Shown here: positions 30,871 to 34,463 of the stretch, piece by piece
How the letters are laid out: each line of letters begins with the position of its first letter
Numbering within the stretch: position 1 is the stretch's first letter
Origin: Candidatus Binatia bacterium
Lineage (GTDB): Bacteria > Desulfobacterota > Binatia > UBA9968
Length of the DNA stretch: 34,463 bases
Direction of reading: 5' to 3'
Assembly: GCA_035455905.1 (NCBI GenBank)
Contig: DATIEH010000228.1
Span: 1-34,463 of the forward strand
Made by a program: the position numbers and the translations under genes
The notes under the pieces: model-generated
What the model was told of the DNA's origin: nothing
What the model saw: only the letters and a program-made list of their open reading frames with translations
Databases searched by the model: none

Positions 30871-31320
30871 ATGAGAATCGACGAACTCAAGCCAGCCCCG
30901 GGCTCGAACAAAAAGCGCAAGCGAGTTGGCCGCGGCGACGGTTCAGGGCACGGCAAGACTTCAGGCCGCGGTCATAAGGGCCAAGGCGCACGTTCCGGCG
31001 GGAACGTCCAACCCGGGTTCGAAGGCGGGCAGATGCCTTTGCAGAGGCGTTTACCGAAGCGCGGTTTCCATAACCCCTTTCGAGTCCAAATGTCTGTAGT
31101 TAATCTTGCTCAGCTCGAAGCTCTTTCCGAAAATGAAGTAACGCCCGAAAGCATGGCCCAGCACGGCCTGATCGCAGGTAAAGGCCGCCGGGTCAAAGTT
31201 CTCGGAGATGGAGCACTGACAAGGCCCTTATCGGTCAAAGCTCATGGATTTTCCGCCGCGGCGAAAGAGAAGATCGAAGCGGCAGGCGGCAAAGTGGAGT
31301 TAATACCTCTTCATGCTTAA
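30871..31320 (+). CDS. rplO: 50S ribosomal protein L15
   Basis: Gly/Arg-rich N-terminus [28 protein letters not shown] and [17 protein letters not shown]. Confidence 0.97.
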   Translation: MRIDELKPAPGSNKKRKRVGRGDGSGHGKTSGRGHKGQGARSGGNVQPGFEGGQMPLQRRLPKRGFHNPFRVQMSVVNLAQLEALSENEVTPESMAQHGLIAGKGRRVKVLGDGALTRPLSVKAHGFSAAAKEKIEAAGGKVELIPLHA

Positions 31321-32623
31321 CGGATTTCAGAACGCGTCACGAATCCCCGAGTTGCGCCGGCGTCTGCTTTTCACGCTGGCCATGCTGGCGGTGTATCGAC
31401 TCGGTATTCATGTGCCCACGCCGGGTATTGATCGTCAGGCGATGGCGGCATTCTTCGAACAGCAAAAGAATACGCTTTTCGGCTTTCTCAACCTGTTTTC
31501 AGGCGGCGCGCTCGAGCAATTTTCGGTGTTTTCATTGGGCATCATGCCGTATATCAGTGCATCAATTATTTTACAGCTACTGACGGTTGTTTTCCCTTAT
31601 TTGGAGCGGCTCTCAAAGGAAGGCGAAATCGGCCGACGCAAAATTACGCAGTACACGCGTTACGGCACCGTGGTGTTATCGATCGTTCAAGGCATGATGA
31701 TCAGCGTTGGGCTCGAGGGCACACAAGGGCCCGGCGGACAAGGCTTGGTATTGTCAGCCGGATGGGGTTTTCGTCTGATGACGGTGATCACGCTGACCTC
31801 GGGAACCGCATTTATTATGTGGCTAGGCGAGCAGATTACCGAGCGCGGTATTGGTAACGGGATATCGCTGATCATTTTCGCCGGTATCGTCGCCCGGTTG
31901 CCGTCGGCGGTCACGACCACCCTGCAGTTCATGCGCGAGGGTGAATTGGGTGCCTTGGTGGCGTTATTAATCCTCGTGCTCAGCATTATTGTTGTCGGTG
32001 CGATCATTTTCGTCGAGCGCGGACAGCGCCGCATTCCGGTACAATATGCGAAACGCGTGGTGGGACGAAAAATGTATGGCGGAATGACATCGCATCTGCC
32101 GCTCAAAATCAACACGGCCAATGTCATACCGCCGATCTTCGCATCCTCGATCCTGATTTTTCCTGCCACTTTGGCGCAATTTGCCAATCATCCGTGGGTT
32201 CAGACCATCTCCGGCTGGCTCGCACCGGGGAACTGGCTGCATGACCTGATCTACGTGATTCTGATCATCTTTTTCGCGTTCTTCTACACCGCAGTGGTAT
32301 TTAATCCCGTCGACGTCGCCGATAATATGAAAAAGGCGGGTGGTTATATTCCCGGTATTCGGCCCGGGCAAAAGACAGCCGAGTACATCGAACGCGTGCT
32401 GTCGCGCGTCACCTTGAGCGGTGCGATTTATCTGTGCGTCGTTTGCCTTTTGCCGACCATATTGGTCCGGCAGTTTAACGTCCCATTCTATTTTGGCGGC
32501 ACCGCGCTTTTGATTGTCGTGGGTGTGGCGCTGGATACTGTCGCGCAAGCGGAAACTCATTTGATCACCCGCAACTACGAAGGTTTTATGAAGCGGGGGC
32601 GGTTGCGCGGCAGAAGGGGCTGA
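31313..32623 (+). CDS. secY: Preprotein translocase subunit SecY
   Basis: 436 aa and 10 TM segments, with [28 protein letters not shown] and [12 protein letters not shown]. It overlaps rplO by 8 nt. Confidence 0.99.
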   Translation: MLNGFQNASRIPELRRRLLFTLAMLAVYRLGIHVPTPGIDRQAMAAFFEQQKNTLFGFLNLFSGGALEQFSVFSLGIMPYISASIILQLLTVVFPYLERLSKEGEIGRRKITQYTRYGTVVLSIVQGMMISVGLEGTQGPGGQGLVLSAGWGFRLMTVITLTSGTAFIMWLGEQITERGIGNGISLIIFAGIVARLPSAVTTTLQFMREGELGALVALLILVLSIIVVGAIIFVERGQRRIPVQYAKRVVGRKMYGGMTSHLPLKINTANVIPPIFASSILIFPATLAQFANHPWVQTISGWLAPGNWLHDLIYVILIIFFAFFYTAVVFNPVDVADNMKKAGGYIPGIRPGQKTAEYIERVLSRVTLSGAIYLCVVCLLPTILVRQFNVPFYFGGTALLIVVGVALDTVAQAETHLITRNYEGFMKRGRLRGRRG

Positions 32624-32625
32624 GT

Positions 32626-33291
32626 GTGGCTGGAGTGGCGCGGGTGGTCTTATTGGGTCCGCCAGGAGCAGGTAAAGGGACGCAGGCGAAGTTGCTCCTG
32701 GAACAATACGGCGGGTGTCAAATATCGACGGGCGATATTTTGCGCAAAGCCGTTGCGGAGCAGACCGTTTTAGGAAAAGAAGCGGACGAATATGTCAAAC
32801 GCGGCGCGCTCGTGCCCGATAACCTAATTGTCAATCTTGTGGCGGAGCGGCTGAAAGAGCCGGACTGTGAGCACGGGTTCATTCTCGATGGTTTCCCGCG
32901 TACGATTCCACAGGCGGAGAGCCTAGACGGGATCCTGAACAAAAGCGGACAGAATCTAAATCGGGTCCTATCGGTTCAGGTGCCGAAGAACGTCATTATC
33001 GAACGCCTTGCAGGACGACGTACCTGCCGAAGCTGCGGAGCGCTGGCCCATGTGATTTTCGATCCGCCGAAACGAAACGGTATCTGTGACCGCTGCGGTG
33101 GGGAACTTTATCAACGCGAGGACGATCGCGAAGCGACTGTTGCGCACCGGCTTGAGGTTTATGAGACCCAAACGGCGCCGCTCATAGATTATTACCGTCA
33201 GCGCGGTGTGCTCACGGAAATCGATGGAGTCGGAAGCATCGAAGAAATTCGCCGCCGGATCGGCAAATCTTTGGGAGACGCAGCGAAGTGA
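32626..33291 (+). CDS. adk: Adenylate kinase with zinc-binding LID (GTG start; the in-frame GTG at 32635 is also possible)
   Basis: P-loop GPPGAGKGTQ, and a LID with CRSC...CDRC (Cys4). Confidence 0.96.
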   Translation: MAGVARVVLLGPPGAGKGTQAKLLLEQYGGCQISTGDILRKAVAEQTVLGKEADEYVKRGALVPDNLIVNLVAERLKEPDCEHGFILDGFPRTIPQAESLDGILNKSGQNLNRVLSVQVPKNVIIERLAGRRTCRSCGALAHVIFDPPKRNGICDRCGGELYQREDDREATVAHRLEVYETQTAPLIDYYRQRGVLTEIDGVGSIEEIRRRIGKSLGDAAK

Positions 33292-34046
33292 TTTCGCTCA
33301 AATCGCCTCGAGAAATCGAAATCATGAGGCGAGCGAATGTGATTGTCGCAGAAGTTTTGCAGGAACTAAAGGCACGGGTTGCTCCTGATGTGACCACCTT
33401 GGAACTGGACGCCATCGCGGAAGAGCTAACACTTAAGAAGAAAGCTGTTCCAGCTTTCAAGGGCTATAGCGTCGGGGGCCGCGTTTATCCGCGTTGTTTG
33501 TGCGCTTCCATAAACGAGGAGATCGTGCACGGCATTCCATCGAACCGACCGCTGCGCGAAGGCGACATTATCGGTTTAGATTACGGCGTCATTTATGACG
33601 GTTTTTACGGGGATTCCGCGATCACCGTAGGTATAGGCAAAGTGAGCGAAGAAGCGCAACGATTGATGGACGTCACCGAACAATCCCTCTATCGAGGCAT
33701 TCAGGAACTCCAGGAGGGGAAGCGATTAGGTGATCTGGGCTCGGCTGTGCAGCGGTTCGCCGAAAGCGCTGGGTTTTCCGTTGTGCGGGCGTTTGTCGGT
33801 CACGGTATCGGTAAGAAGCTGCACGAAGAACCGCCAGTGCCGAATTACGGCGAGCCGGATCGCGGTCTTCGGCTGAAAGAAGGAATGGTCCTGGCGATCG
33901 AGCCTATGGTCAATGCCGGCAGTTACGAAGTCGAAATCAAGGAAGACGGTTGGACCGCGGTTACCAAAGACGGCAGCTTGGCCGCCCATTTTGAGCATTC
34001 GGTGGCGATCACGAAAAACGGACCCTATATTTTGAGTCAGCTCTAA
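33288..34046 (+). CDS. map: Type I methionine aminopeptidase (GTG start, 4-nt overlap with adk)
   Basis: [13 protein letters not shown]. The metal-ligand context is [24 protein letters not shown] and HFEHSV. Confidence 0.97.
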   Translation: MISLKSPREIEIMRRANVIVAEVLQELKARVAPDVTTLELDAIAEELTLKKKAVPAFKGYSVGGRVYPRCLCASINEEIVHGIPSNRPLREGDIIGLDYGVIYDGFYGDSAITVGIGKVSEEAQRLMDVTEQSLYRGIQELQEGKRLGDLGSAVQRFAESAGFSVVRAFVGHGIGKKLHEEPPVPNYGEPDRGLRLKEGMVLAIEPMVNAGSYEVEIKEDGWTAVTKDGSLAAHFEHSVAITKNGPYILSQL

Positions 34047-34077
34047 ATCGCGGCGAGCCGCGGCAGGCAGGTTGTCT

Positions 34078-34296
34078 ATGCCAAAAGAAGACGCCATCGA
34101 AGTAACCGGTACAGTGCTGGAGACGCTGCCCAACGCCATGTTCCGCGTCGAGCTTGACAACGGACACAAGGTGCTCGCGCATATTTCCGGAAAGATGCGC
34201 ATGCACTACATCAAAATTCTTCCCGGTGACAAAGTGAAGATCGAACTCTCGCCGTACGATCTGGCCCGCGGGAGAATTATTTTTCGCGAACGTTAG
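34078..34296 (+). CDS. infA: Translation initiation factor IF-1
   Basis: [41 protein letters not shown]; 72 aa from ATG 34078. The track's TTG 34072 would add two residues not seen in IF-1. Confidence 0.97.
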   Translation: MPKEDAIEVTGTVLETLPNAMFRVELDNGHKVLAHISGKMRMHYIKILPGDKVKIELSPYDLARGRIIFRER

Positions 34297-34308
34297 AGAG
34301 GAGCGGCC

Positions 34309-34422
34309 GTGAAGGTTCGGGCATCGGTAAAAAAAATTTGCAACAAATGCAAAGTCATTCGCCGGAAGGGTGTTGTGCGCATCCAGTGCGAGAATACCAA
34401 GCACAAGCAACGGCAAGGATGA
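34309..34422 (+). CDS. rpmJ: 50S ribosomal protein L36 (zinc form), 37 aa, GTG start, below the ORF-track cutoff
   Basis: Hand translation (GTG start codon written V, read as fMet): [37 protein letters not shown]. It has the CxxC...C...H signature. GAGGAG SD lies upstream. Confidence 0.93.
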   Translation: MKVRASVKKICNKCKVIRRKGVVRIQCENTKHKQRQG

Positions 34423-34463
34423 AGGAATTTTAGATTTGCGATGGCCGATTTTAGATTCAACCG

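Overview
This window is a core housekeeping locus of a diderm bacterium (LptFG is present) and looks moderately GC-rich by eye. Nearly everything is on the + strand and tightly packed. In order it contains: the 3' end of lon; tRNA-Val and tRNA-Asp; rplM-rpsI; lptF-lptG (the only minus-strand genes); rlmB; a tRNA-Thr/Tyr/Gly/Thr cluster followed by tuf; rpmG; tRNA-Trp; secE-nusG; rplKAJL; rpoBC; rpsL-rpsG-fusA; the S10 block (rpsJ to rpsQ); the spc block (rplN to secY); and adk-map-infA-rpmJ. I count 46 CDS, two of them (rpmG, rpmJ) below the ORF-track size cutoff, and 7 tRNAs folded by hand. I corrected several ORF-track starts using Shine-Dalgarno (SD) spacing and conserved N-termini (rplM, rpoB, rpsH, infA). 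I see no mobile elements, CRISPR arrays, defence or toxin genes, large repeats or orphan ORFs, and I do not think this window holds a novel system. The points worth a second look are small and regulatory or architectural. They are: a textbook intrinsic terminator inside the str operon between rpsG and fusA; a structured rpsL leader behind a good promoter match; fusion of the str and S10 operons with the tufA slot empty; absence of rpmD; very short leaders where E. coli has autoregulatory RNAs; Cys4 zinc-type variants of L33, S14, L36 and L24; and an Ala/Pro-rich tail on S19. All calls come from reading the sequence. No database search or folding program was run.
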